A stretch of 64,000 nucleotides of DNA from an uncultured Phycisphaerales bacterium. GTDB lineage: Bacteria; Planctomycetota; Phycisphaerae; Tepidisphaerales; Tepidisphaeraceae. Shown piece by piece: positions 40,974-50,252 of this stretch (the stretch's first letter is position 1; the number at the start of each line of letters is the position of its first letter). A model generated the notes under the pieces. The model ran no database searches. It worked only from the letters and a program-made list of their open reading frames with translations, and was not told where the DNA came from. Both the position numbers and the translations under genes were made by a program. The stretch covers positions 256,001 to 320,000 of the forward strand of contig CAVWVQ010000003.1 in assembly GCA_963758525.1 (NCBI GenBank), read 5' to 3'.

Positions 40974-41354
40974 TTAGGCGGAATTGATCATGAACGTTGC
41001 CGCGTCGTGAAAGAACGCCCGCAGCGCCGGCAGCACCTGCGCGGGCAGATCGGCCTCGAGCAGTGCCGCCTCCATCAGTGCCATCCATCGATCGCGTGCA
41101 ACCTGATCTATCCGAAACGGATTGTGCCGCATCCGCAGCCGCGGATGGCCGCGCCGCTGAATATATCGTTCGGGTCCCCCGAATCGCCCGACAAGGAACT
41201 CGCGCAGCCGCCACTCCGCGTCGGCAAGGTCACGGACCTTGTACATCGGCCCCAGAATATCGTCCGCCGGCACCCGCCGGTAAAAAGCCGCAACCAGACG
41301 AGCGAAGCCCTCGTCGCCGACGATCCGGAAGATTTCGTGATCCGGGACATTCAT
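40974..41354 (-). CDS. Truncated hemoglobin (group II, GlbO-like)
   Basis: LVAAFY, FGGP..Y..RGHPRLRMRH, RDRW. Confidence 0.92.
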   Translation of the reverse strand: MNVPDHEIFRIVGDEGFARLVAAFYRRVPADDILGPMYKVRDLADAEWRLREFLVGRFGGPERYIQRRGHPRLRMRHNPFRIDQVARDRWMALMEAALLEADLPAQVLPALRAFFHDAATFMINSA

Positions 41355-41669
41355 GCGGCGCGCACCCGATCTTCCGGGAATCTATGACGATGGTTGCTGC
41401 AACTCTTTCCCCCTCCCCTGGTACTCCGGGGGAGAGTCTGGGTGGGGGCTTGCCGGGGATGGCGCGGACCGGTTCGCACTCGAGCTGCCTCGTTGCGCTC
41501 CTCAGGACGAGGAGAAAGCAGGAAGGAAGCTCCCGGATTTTCGGACACGCCGTTCATGCGTCGTTGCATCTCCAATATTGCTTCGTACATCGCCGCCGGT
41601 GTATTCTCAATTGCAGGAAACGAGGCTTTCGATTTTTAGCAGGTCGCCTGATCCATCAACGGAGGCTCC

Positions 41670-42674
41670 ATGAAATTGGCCACTTGGGCAAGGTCTGCTC
41701 TTTTCATCGTTTTGCTGGCGCCCCTCGCGAGCGGCGCGAAGCCCGCGCCCAAGGCCGAAGGTAAAGCGCCCGCCTACCTCACCGTCGAAACCGCGGGGCC
41801 GGACTTCCCGATCCAGGGTGAATATGTCGGGCCGGCCGATGCCAGCGCCCAAAAGCTTGGAGCGCAGGTGATCGCCCTGGGCAACGGCGAATTCCAGGCC
41901 GTCTTTCTCGCCGGCGGACTTCCGGGCGAAGGATACGATGGGAAGAGCCGAGTTGAGGTTCCCGGGAAGTCCGGCACCGCCGCCGGCGAGGCGAGCTTCT
42001 CGGGGGACAGCGCCGACTACACCGGCTCCATCGCTGCCGGCGTCTTTCACGTCAAAACGAAAGACGGCAAGACGCTCGAACTGAAAAAAGTGGAACGCAA
42101 GAGCAGCGAAGAAGGCGCCAAGCCGCCGCCAGGCGCAACCGTCCTGTTCGACGGCACCGACGTATCGCATTGGAAGAACGGCAAGATGGACGATCGGCAT
42201 CTGCTGATGATCGACGCCGAGACGGCCAAACCCTATCAGAACTTCACCCTGCATCTCGAATTCCTCCTCCCCTTCAAGCCGCTCGGCCGCGATCAGGATC
42301 GCGGCAACAGCGGCATCTACATCCAGCACCGCTACGAAGTGCAGGTGCTCGACACCTTCGGCCATCCCACCGAATTCAATGGCTGCGGCTCGATGTATCG
42401 CCAACACGCTCCGCTGGTCAACATGTGCTATCCCCCGCTCAGTTGGCAGACCTACGACATCGACTTCCAGGCGCCCAAATTCGACGACGCCGGCAAGAAA
42501 ACTCACAACGCCGTCATCACCGTCAAGCAGAACGGCGTCGTCGTGCAGGATCAATACGAGATCACCGGGAAAACCGGCGCCGGCAAACCCGAAGGACCCA
42601 ACCCCGCGCCCATCTGGCTCCAGGCCCACGGAAACCCCGTCTTCTACCGCAACATCTGGATCATCGAAAAGTAG
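41670..42674 (+). CDS. DUF1080 (3-keto-disaccharide hydrolase family) secreted protein
   Basis: LFDG, RGNSGIY, YEVQVLD, WQTYDI, LQAHGNPVFYRNIW. Confidence 0.9.
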   Translation: MKLATWARSALFIVLLAPLASGAKPAPKAEGKAPAYLTVETAGPDFPIQGEYVGPADASAQKLGAQVIALGNGEFQAVFLAGGLPGEGYDGKSRVEVPGKSGTAAGEASFSGDSADYTGSIAAGVFHVKTKDGKTLELKKVERKSSEEGAKPPPGATVLFDGTDVSHWKNGKMDDRHLLMIDAETAKPYQNFTLHLEFLLPFKPLGRDQDRGNSGIYIQHRYEVQVLDTFGHPTEFNGCGSMYRQHAPLVNMCYPPLSWQTYDIDFQAPKFDDAGKKTHNAVITVKQNGVVVQDQYEITGKTGAGKPEGPNPAPIWLQAHGNPVFYRNIWIIEK

Positions 42675-42704
42675 CAATCGCGTGCGGATGCACGGTGTCT
42701 GCGG

Positions 42705-45239
42705 CTACCTCTTCTCCATCAACACCGCGACAAGATCCCGCAATTCCTGATCCGTCATCCCCTGCACCAGCCCGATGGGCATCAGCGACTCCCTGCGCAT
42801 GATCCGATCTGTCACCGTCGGCTCGGACACCCGCGTCTCCTGTCCCGACGCATCGACATACACCTCCGTCTCCTGCCCGTCGCGGCGGAGAAGCATTCCG
42901 TCCACATGCTGCCCGGACTTGGTGATGATTGTCCACATCGTATAGAGCGGCGCGATTTCCCGGCTCGGCTCGAGAATCGATTCCAGCACGTGCTCCGGCG
43001 TCTGCGAATGCCCGATCATCGTAAGGTCCGGGCCGATCGCCCGGCCGCGCCCTTCGAGCATGTGGCAGCGGTAACAACTCGGGCCGGCCGGGTTGAAGAA
43101 GATCCTTCGTCCCGCGTCCGAATCGCCCGGCGCTGCAGCAAGGATCTTCCGCCAGCCGGCTTCATCGGATTCCGCGGGACGCGTCTGCGGAGGCTTTGTT
43201 CCAAGAACGCGGTCAACTAAATCCGCGTCGGCGGAATTTTTCAGGGCGGACTGTTGAAGTTGCTGGCGCTGCGCATCGGTCAGCGCGGACCCCATCGGCC
43301 GCAATGCGCGAAGCGATTCTTGTCGAACTGCCGGCGACTCATCGCCTGCGAGCTGAATCAGCAGCGCACAATTGCGGGCAGGATCGGCCGCGAGACCGAC
43401 CACGCACTCGGCACGCACCGCCGCGTCGGCTTTCGTGTCTCCCGCGACCTTCGCCAACAGCTCGAATCGGCCGGCGTCGGTGTCCGCCGACAAATAACGG
43501 GCGGCTTCGATTTGCAGCGCAGTCGAGGGCGATTGCAGCAACTTCGCCAGCGCATCGAGTGCAATCCTCGGATGGCTCGCCTGCATCATCCGCAAGGCGG
43601 AAATGCGCGTCGCATCGGTCGCCTCGGGAGCATCCATGCGCGACAGCAGGACGGCGCTGATCTTCCCTGAATCGACCTTCGCCGATCGATCGCCGTCCAA
43701 TTGATTGATCGCGGCTACCGTCATCGCCAGCAGCCGCGGCGAGAGCGTTTGCGACTGCAGCAGTTGATCCAGCGCGGGTCGGGCGGAAGCGATCCCCTGC
43801 TCGGTGACGCAGCGGACTCCCATCTGCCGGACGATGTCGCTCTCGTCACCCAACGCTTTTGGGATCTCGGATTCGAGATCCGTTCCGCGAATCAGCAGCG
43901 CGGCAAGGAGTCCAATCCGCTGCCGGGCCGATTTGAGCGACGACCACTCGATCTTCTCCGCGGCAGCGAGGCGCGAGAGACCGAACTGCGCCGCCTGCGC
44001 CGTCGCCGGATCGACGTCGTCCATGGCGGCCAATAATTCCGACACATCATCCGACTTGCGCAACCGCGCCGCGCGCTGGCGCGCTTCCGTCACCGAAGGC
44101 GATGCTTCGCCCGCGCTGGGAGAATCAAACGTCAGCTTCCAAACACGCCCCTTGCCATGAACCGGATAACTGGAGGACGCCCAGTCGGTGACGAACAGCG
44201 CGCCGTCTGGAGCGAACGCCAGACCCACGGGGCGAAAGTTGTCGCCGCCATGGACAATCGGCTTCATCTGCGCGGTGTAAGACGCGCCGTGCGGCGTAAG
44301 CACATAACTCTGCACCTCGTGATCCCGCCAACTGCTGACAAACAACCGCCCCCGCCCCCACTGCACCGCGCACGGCGCCTCGCCCACGCCGGCGACCATG
44401 CCGAGCGTCCCGGGAAGCTCCCCGTCCCACGCCTGCAGCGGATGCATCCCCGTTCGCCCGTAACGAAATTGGAAGCCGTAATCACCCCCCGGCGCGACAT
44501 CGATCAACCGGCACGGTGGCCGACCGTCCGGATCATTGTCGACCGCCCAGAGCGAGCCATTGGGATCGAGCCCCAGGCCGAAGGGGTTCCAGAATCCGTG
44601 GGCGATGCGAGTCAGCCCCGCCCCCTTCGAGTCCATTCGCATGATCGTGCCGGAGCCGGCTTCGTTGCTGACCGTCGATCCGTCGGATCCGACCAGCGTC
44701 CACGCGCCGCCGAAATTTTCGCCGATGCCGATGTAAATCGTTCCGTCATTCCCCAGTGCCAGCCCGTGCAACCCATTGTGCGGATAATCCGACTTGGTCT
44801 TGAGTTGCGCGAGGCTGATTCTCTTCGCGACGACGCCATGATCGTCGGGAATGAGCCGGAAGATTTCATTGCGTGAAGAGACCAGAATCGACCCGTCCCT
44901 GTCGGCCACGACGTTCATCAGGAAATTCTGTCCCTCATAAAATGTCGTAATCTTGTCGGCCTTGCCCGATCCGGTGGTATCTTCCAGCATCAGAATGCGA
45001 TCCGTCGCCGGCCCGTCATATTTCTTGGGGCGGAAGTGCGAATTGGATTCAACCACGAACAGCCGGCCGCGCCCATCCACCGTCGCGCCGATCGGCGTGA
45101 CAACGTCCGGCTCCGCCGCGAACAACGAAACCTTCACTCCCCCCTCCACGGCGGCCGGCGACTGGATATCTGCCGCGCGAACATGCACGGCTGCGAATAA
45201 CAAGCCCGTCCAGACCGCCAACATCGTCGAGCTATTCAT
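42705..45239 (-). CDS. PVC-type heme-binding CxxCH protein (beta-propeller, HEAT repeats, cytochrome c)
   Basis: LFAAEP, GFWNPFG, FRPV, CYRCH..IGPDLT, SILEPS, SLMP. Confidence 0.88.
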   Translation of the reverse strand: MNSSTMLAVWTGLLFAAVHVRAADIQSPAAVEGGVKVSLFAAEPDVVTPIGATVDGRGRLFVVESNSHFRPKKYDGPATDRILMLEDTTGSGKADKITTFYEGQNFLMNVVADRDGSILVSSRNEIFRLIPDDHGVVAKRISLAQLKTKSDYPHNGLHGLALGNDGTIYIGIGENFGGAWTLVGSDGSTVSNEAGSGTIMRMDSKGAGLTRIAHGFWNPFGLGLDPNGSLWAVDNDPDGRPPCRLIDVAPGGDYGFQFRYGRTGMHPLQAWDGELPGTLGMVAGVGEAPCAVQWGRGRLFVSSWRDHEVQSYVLTPHGASYTAQMKPIVHGGDNFRPVGLAFAPDGALFVTDWASSSYPVHGKGRVWKLTFDSPSAGEASPSVTEARQRAARLRKSDDVSELLAAMDDVDPATAQAAQFGLSRLAAAEKIEWSSLKSARQRIGLLAALLIRGTDLESEIPKALGDESDIVRQMGVRCVTEQGIASARPALDQLLQSQTLSPRLLAMTVAAINQLDGDRSAKVDSGKISAVLLSRMDAPEATDATRISALRMMQASHPRIALDALAKLLQSPSTALQIEAARYLSADTDAGRFELLAKVAGDTKADAAVRAECVVGLAADPARNCALLIQLAGDESPAVRQESLRALRPMGSALTDAQRQQLQQSALKNSADADLVDRVLGTKPPQTRPAESDEAGWRKILAAAPGDSDAGRRIFFNPAGPSCYRCHMLEGRGRAIGPDLTMIGHSQTPEHVLESILEPSREIAPLYTMWTIITKSGQHVDGMLLRRDGQETEVYVDASGQETRVSEPTVTDRIMRRESLMPIGLVQGMTDQELRDLVAVLMEKR

Positions 45240-45556
45240 TGCTCCCTCTGTGTCTCTGCGTCTCGCTTCTCTGTACGTGTTATATCTTCTGACGCCGGTT
45301 TGACATCCCGATCAACGCAGTCGCTTTACAACATAAACGCGTCCCGCGACAAACTCGTGTCGCAATCCCCCGCCACGCCCTGAAAACCGCCATCGGGCTT
45401 TACATTTTTGACGTTTCTTTACGTAAACACGACCCTCGCTCCATCAGATTCCGCGAGTGCGATTCCACCTTGATTGCGAGTCTCCCAAAGCGGGCGGATT
45501 CTCCGTCGGAAATCATCTGCTCGCGGAGGCGCTCTCGATGCTCCGCTCCTGACTCC

Positions 45557-45676
45557 CAGGGCAATTGCATGTGACAGTTTGTGGTGCAGGCTTCCAGCCT
45601 GCTGCTTGGGAAGCAGGCTGGAAGCCTGCACCACAATGGGAAATCGTCTTTCCGGAAGTCACATGCAATTGCCCTG
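45557..45676. mobile_element. 120-bp MITE with ISAs1-like ends, 10-bp target duplication and internal REP doublet
   Basis: Perfect 19-bp IR CAGGGCAATTGCATGTGAC (45557-45575 / 45658-45676); direct repeat TCCTGACTCC (45547-45556, 45677-45686); REP doublet at 45579-45636. Confidence 0.85.
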
Positions 45677-46366
45677 TCCTGACTCCCCGCTCCTCGCTTC
45701 CGACTCCTCCTCCCAGTCGACAGCTTGATATGTTTTAGGCACTTTTTTTTAAATCCTTCCCTTCGACCCGCCGGCCGCATCTCGCAATGCAACTGAAGTA
45801 TTTACAATCACTTGCCTCCGCCTTTCGTCCCCCTGCCGGCGCGGTCCAGCGCGGCGCAGTGCGCCGCGCTGCGCGAATCTCGGTCCGCACCCGACAGAAT
45901 TCCACACATTTTAGCGCGTCGCATGTCCCTCGCACGCTGAATTTGCCGCTTCGCGGACTTAATGCAAACATGACGAACATACTTCGGCGTAAATTAGTCC
46001 CCTTCCTCCCCTTCGTGCCGCAGTTTACCCGCCGCGGCGCGTGCCTCTCCCCACTCGTCCCTCGCCCATGCGACATCGCGCGACAGATTTTGCAGCGCCG
46101 CATGTCGCATCCCGCGTCCAACTCCTTGCCCTGCCGCGGGATGCTCTCCAGCCTGGCGCGACACCGCGCGAACAGTTGCGCGCCGTTCGCTGAAAACGGG
46201 GTTTCCCCGCGCGATTGCTGTTTGCGATGCAACTCCCTCGCCGCCCTCCAGCCGCGACAGCCCAAAAGAGTGATTGCCACGAAACAACGCAAACGACGCG
46301 GCGCTGGCTGCGCCCGCAACCCAAAGAAAATGAATCTGACCGCGGATGGACGCAGGGAAAGAGATT

Positions 46367-46576
46367 GAACCGCTGATAAACGCCGATGAACGCAGATTGA
46401 TCAGAGACTTCGTACGATTGCGTTTAACGTCCACTTGCGGTTTCCCGAAGTTGATCAAGAGGCAAATGTGAAGGCAGGAACCCACTTCCCAGCCCATTGG
46501 CAACATCCTATGCGTAACCGATCATCTTCTCAGTGATTTCGTTCAATCTGCGTTCATTTGCGTTCATCTGCGGTTC
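46367..46576 (-). pseudogene. Internally deleted GxxExxY relic inside inverted decamer arrays
   Basis: From ATG 46567: MNANERRLNEITEKMIGYA*DVANGLGSGFL, then LHICLLINFGKPQVDVKR in a shifted frame; ends 46367-46400 and 46543-46576 match at 30/34. Confidence 0.75.
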
Positions 46577-47476
46577 CCTTTCTTCTGTTTGATAAAGCAG
46601 TCACACCAGCAGCGGCGTCGCCGACAGCATGGTGAAGAACCATGCGATGCGCCACGCATGTTCCCATCCTTTCTCCTCTCTGATCCGCGGCCATCCGCGA
46701 AATCCGCGGTTCGAGCTCCCAATTCTTTGCCTTTCGTTTCGTCGGCATCCGGCAGAAATTTTGTCGGCACGAAAAAAATCAAGTCATAGCCGTACAAAAA
46801 AGAGATGCCGCGCACGAGAGCAGCTTCCGATTCACTTTCTGCTCTTGCTCGTCTCTCTCTTTCCCTTTTTGTGTTTTTGTGTTTTTTGTGGCCATCCGCT
46901 CATTGATTCCAACGCGCTCGGCCATGGTCTCGCGCATCGTCAATCAGAGTGCGAGTTGGTGCTGAACCCGCGGCTGTCCCCGCCGATCTGTTGTGATTGC
47001 GTCACGGTATCCTTTTCGCTCGCCCCCGTGCGACATTGATTGGCCTCCGGCTTCTCCTCTGCCAACGATTTCGTCTGTTCCAAAGGCGTAGGGTCCGCTC
47101 GGCGGCTCCTAAGGTACGCCTCGAATGGCCGAAAGCGTCGAGCCGCCGTGCGGACCATTCCTCGACTTCCGCGAGAATCCTCGACGGCGCTCTCCGCTGT
47201 CCATAATGAGTTATCCATTCAACCCGTTTCTAACAGATTTCGCAGACGGCAATCCAACTTGATTGCGTGTGGCCAAAAGCCGACGGATCCTCCGTCGGAA
47301 CTGCTCTGCGCCTGGGCCGCAGCCGATGTCTCGAACTCCTGACTCCTGGGTTCCCTCTCCTCTCCACCGGCCCCGATTCATGGCGTTGAAACTACGAAAT
47401 CCCCCGTCTGCGATGCGACGTTTACTGCCGCCCGAATTTGCAATCAGAACGTCCAGACCCCAGCTTCCCCCGCAAA

Positions 47477-47514
47477 ATGGCACGAAGTGGCACGAAATGG
47501 CACGAAATGGCACA
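47477..47514. repeat. Decamer tandem repeat (AATGGCACGA) x ~3.8
   Basis: Read directly. Confidence 0.8.
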
Positions 47515-47618
47515 TTATTTTCCGAGCCCGACCGTGCTTTCAGCGGATTTTCCTCCCCGTTTAGCCGGTGGGCATGCCCGCCGTGTCGCCGCAGGCGAAC
47601 CGATTTCCAAAACCACGC

Positions 47619-47786
47619 AGTGTCCTGCGCTATCCGATGCGCCGCGAAAACTTCTAACCGGACGAAACTTGCAACGGCTCACCATCACACAGAAGCTGTT
47701 AAGTGTCCTGCGCTATCCGATGCGCCGCGAAAACTTCTAACCGGACGAAACTTGCAACGGCTCACCATCACACAGAAGCTGTTAAG
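47619..47786. repeat. Perfect 83-bp tandem duplication ending inside the transposase left end
   Basis: 47619-47701 equals 47702-47784. Confidence 0.9.
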
Positions 47787-47803
47787 GTGACATCCATCTT
47801 TGA

Positions 47804-47831
47804 TTGACAGACTTTTTGCCGGAGTTATGAT
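47804..47831 (+). promoter_or_regulatory. Sigma70-type promoter, probably leaderless, for the transposase
   Basis: TTGACA-N16-TATGAT ending 5 nt before ATG 47837; no RBS. Confidence 0.55.
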
Positions 47832-47836
47832 CAACT

Positions 47837-48508
47837 ATGCCCCGCACGTCCCGCGCAGCTGTCGGCGGTCTTGTCTACCACGTTCTCAATCGCGGCAACG
47901 GCCGGCTGGAGATCTTCCGCAAGCCGGGAGACTTCCTGGCGTTTTGCGATCTGATGGTCGACGCCAAGGAACGGGCCGAGATCGAAGTCTTCGGCTTCTG
48001 CCTGATGTCCAACCACTGGCACATGGTGGTGCGGCCGCGTCGGGATCAGGACCTGGCGAGGTACTTCTCCTGGCTGACCAATACGCACGCGAAGCGGTAC
48101 CGTGCTCATTATCGGCGGACCAGCGGCCATCTCTATCAGGGTCGCTACAAGAGCTTCGTTGTCCAGGAAGATGGGCATTTGCTGACACTGCTGCGTTATG
48201 TGGAAGCCAATCCATTACGGGCGAAGATGGTGGAGCGAGCACAGGATTGGCAATGGTCCAGCCTCGGTTGCAACAAGGAGCTGTCAAAGAAGCTGCTCGA
48301 CGATTGGCCGACCGATCGGCCGCGCAACTGGACGGCGCTGGTGAACGAGCCGATGGATCCGGCCGCCGTGAAACGGGTGGCACTTAGCTTCGAGCGTGGC
48401 CGGCCGCTGGGAAGCGATCCCTGGACCCTGAAAATGGCGGGCCGGATGGGGCTGCAGTACACTCTGAATCCGAGAGGCAGGCCGAAGATGCCGGAAAAAG
48501 GCAAATAA
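47837..48508 (+). CDS. Y1 HUH transposase (RAYT-like)
   Basis: YHVLNRGN, MSNHWH (HUH), GHLYQGRYKS, RYVEANP (catalytic Tyr), WQWSS. Confidence 0.92.
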   Translation: MPRTSRAAVGGLVYHVLNRGNGRLEIFRKPGDFLAFCDLMVDAKERAEIEVFGFCLMSNHWHMVVRPRRDQDLARYFSWLTNTHAKRYRAHYRRTSGHLYQGRYKSFVVQEDGHLLTLLRYVEANPLRAKMVERAQDWQWSSLGCNKELSKKLLDDWPTDRPRNWTALVNEPMDPAAVKRVALSFERGRPLGSDPWTLKMAGRMGLQYTLNPRGRPKMPEKGK

Positions 48509-48592
48509 AAACGGTGGATGTCACCTTAACAGCTTCCCAGCAACCAAGTCCATTGGCCCGAGCGACCCGAAATACGTGCCCAACAACTAATC

Positions 48593-48883
48593 ATGCTAGG
48601 TATAAGCAAAAAGCAGGTTTGTGCTACCCTGGCGATGACGTCGGCAGTTGCTCTCTGCATCGTTATTTGGATGCGTGTGACGGGATTCTACACAATCGTT
48701 TATAGAGGATGGCAGGGACAATTCGTTTGTGTTCGAGGCTGGCCACACACAGCCTTTGACGTCGAATTAGAGGGTTACCTTGCGGCGCCTCTTGCAGTCA
48801 TGCTAGTAATATCATTAAGAGAATGCGGTCTTTTCAGCCGACTGCGTTCGCGGAAAAACAAACCTTGTGCGAGCAAAGCGTGA
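48593..48883 (+). CDS. Small membrane protein, candidate immunity protein
   Basis: AT-richer than backbone, two hydrophobic segments, ATG 2 nt after the stop of a truncated ORF tail. Confidence 0.4.
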   Translation: MLGISKKQVCATLAMTSAVALCIVIWMRVTGFYTIVYRGWQGQFVCVRGWPHTAFDVELEGYLAAPLAVMLVISLRECGLFSRLRSRKNKPCASKA

Positions 48884-49674
48884 ACTGGATCACCGGAGCC
48901 TACCGCGGCTACAACACGAGCGGGACCAGCTACGCCCAGGCGGGCACGGTCGCGAACGACATCATCGTCGAGCAGACGGAATACACTCACGATGAAGCCG
49001 GCAACATGATCGTCGGTGCCGTCGCCTCTCGGCTCAACGACGTGCCAACAAGCGGGTTCGGCAGCACCGGCACGCTCTCCTATGGGAGCAATCCGAAGGC
49101 GCGCATCACGTACGTCGCGAGCTGGTTCGACGGGATTGACCGCAACATCGCATCGGCCAACTACGGCGCGATCGTCAGCCTCACGCGCCCCAGCACGGCG
49201 CCTTCGTCTTCCAGTACGGTGTTGGTGATGGCCCGCGCCTTCGATGATGCAGGTCGCATGTATCAGACCACGGACGCCAAGGGGATCATCAATCAAACGG
49301 GCTTCGACAACGCCAGCCGGATCATTCAAACGATCGAAGATGTCGGCGGCCTGGCCCGCACGACCAATTTCACTTGGACGCTCGACAACCTTGTTTCGAC
49401 CATGACGGCGGTGAACTCCACTACCGGCGATCAAACCACGACGTGGCTCTACGGCACAACGCTCGCCGATTCCGGCGTCGCCCGCAACGACCTGCTCGCA
49501 GCGACGATTTATCCGAACACCGATCTTTCGTGGGCCACGTTGACTGCCGATCAGTGGGCCAGCCTGACGGCCGACCAGTGGGCGGCCCTCCGGGCCTACC
49601 CGGTGGACACGACGTTCGCGAACTACAACCGCCTCGGCGAGAAAGCGACATTCACCGACCAGGAAGGCTGTTAA
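48880..49674 (+). pseudogene. Rhs/YD-repeat core fragment
   Basis: YTHDEAGN, WFDGIDRNIASANYG, FDDAGR..TTDAKG, YNRLGE..FTDQ; ends at the second transposase end. Confidence 0.75.
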
Positions 49675-50252
49675 GGTGACATCCATCTTTCTTGACGATG
49701 CTCATCCGCTGGATAAATCATGCAACCATGCCCCGCACGTCCCGCGCAGCTGTCGGCGGTCTTGTCTACCACGTTCTCAATCGCGGCAACGGCCGGCTGG
49801 AGATCTTCCGCAAGCCGGGAGACTTCCTGGCGTTTTGCGATCTGATGGTCGACGCCAAGGAAGAGGCCGAGATCGAAGTCTTCGGCTTCTGCCTGATGTC
49901 CAACCACTGGCACATGGTGGTGCGGCCGCGTCGGGATCAGGACCTGGCGAGGTACTTCTCCTGGCTGACCAATACGCACGCGAAGCGGTACCGTGCTCAT
50001 TATCGGCGGACCAGCGGCCATCTCTATCAGGGTCGCTACAAGAGCTTCGTTGTCCAGGAAGATGGGCATTTGCTGACACTGCTGCGTTATGTGGAAGCCA
50101 ATCCATTACGGGCGAAGATGGTGGAGCGAGCACAGGATTGGCAATGGTCCAGCCTCGGTTGCAACAAGGAGCTGTCAAAGAAGCTGCTCGACGATTGGCC
50201 GACCGATCGGCCGCGCAACTGGACGGCGCTGGTGAACGAGCCGATGGATCCG
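49667..50252 (+). pseudogene. Second, 3'-truncated copy of the Y1 transposase element
   Basis: Left end GCTGTTAAGGTGACATCCATCTTT (49667-49690); CDS from 49728 matches copy 1 except one codon seen (CGG/GAG); homology stops at EPMDP. Confidence 0.9.

Larger units (their letters stand above)
47775..48536 (+). mobile_element. HUH/Y1 transposase element with perfect 22-bp terminal inverted repeats
   Basis: GAAGCTGTTAAGGTGACATCCA (47775-47796) / TGGATGTCACCTTAACAGCTTC (48515-48536). Confidence 0.75.

Noticed and set aside
40048..41214. Globin-rhomboid fusion
   Set aside because: The globin is in a different frame with its own stop at 40974; the rhomboid has its own ATG at 40965 with an AAGGA RBS
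47619..47786. Possible CRISPR array
   Set aside because: Two identical 83-bp units with no unique spacers, and no cas genes in the window
45400..47790. ORFs of 70-194 aa in the repeat-rich gap
   Set aside because: Arg/Ser/Pro-rich translations of repeats with no recognisable motifs or RBS
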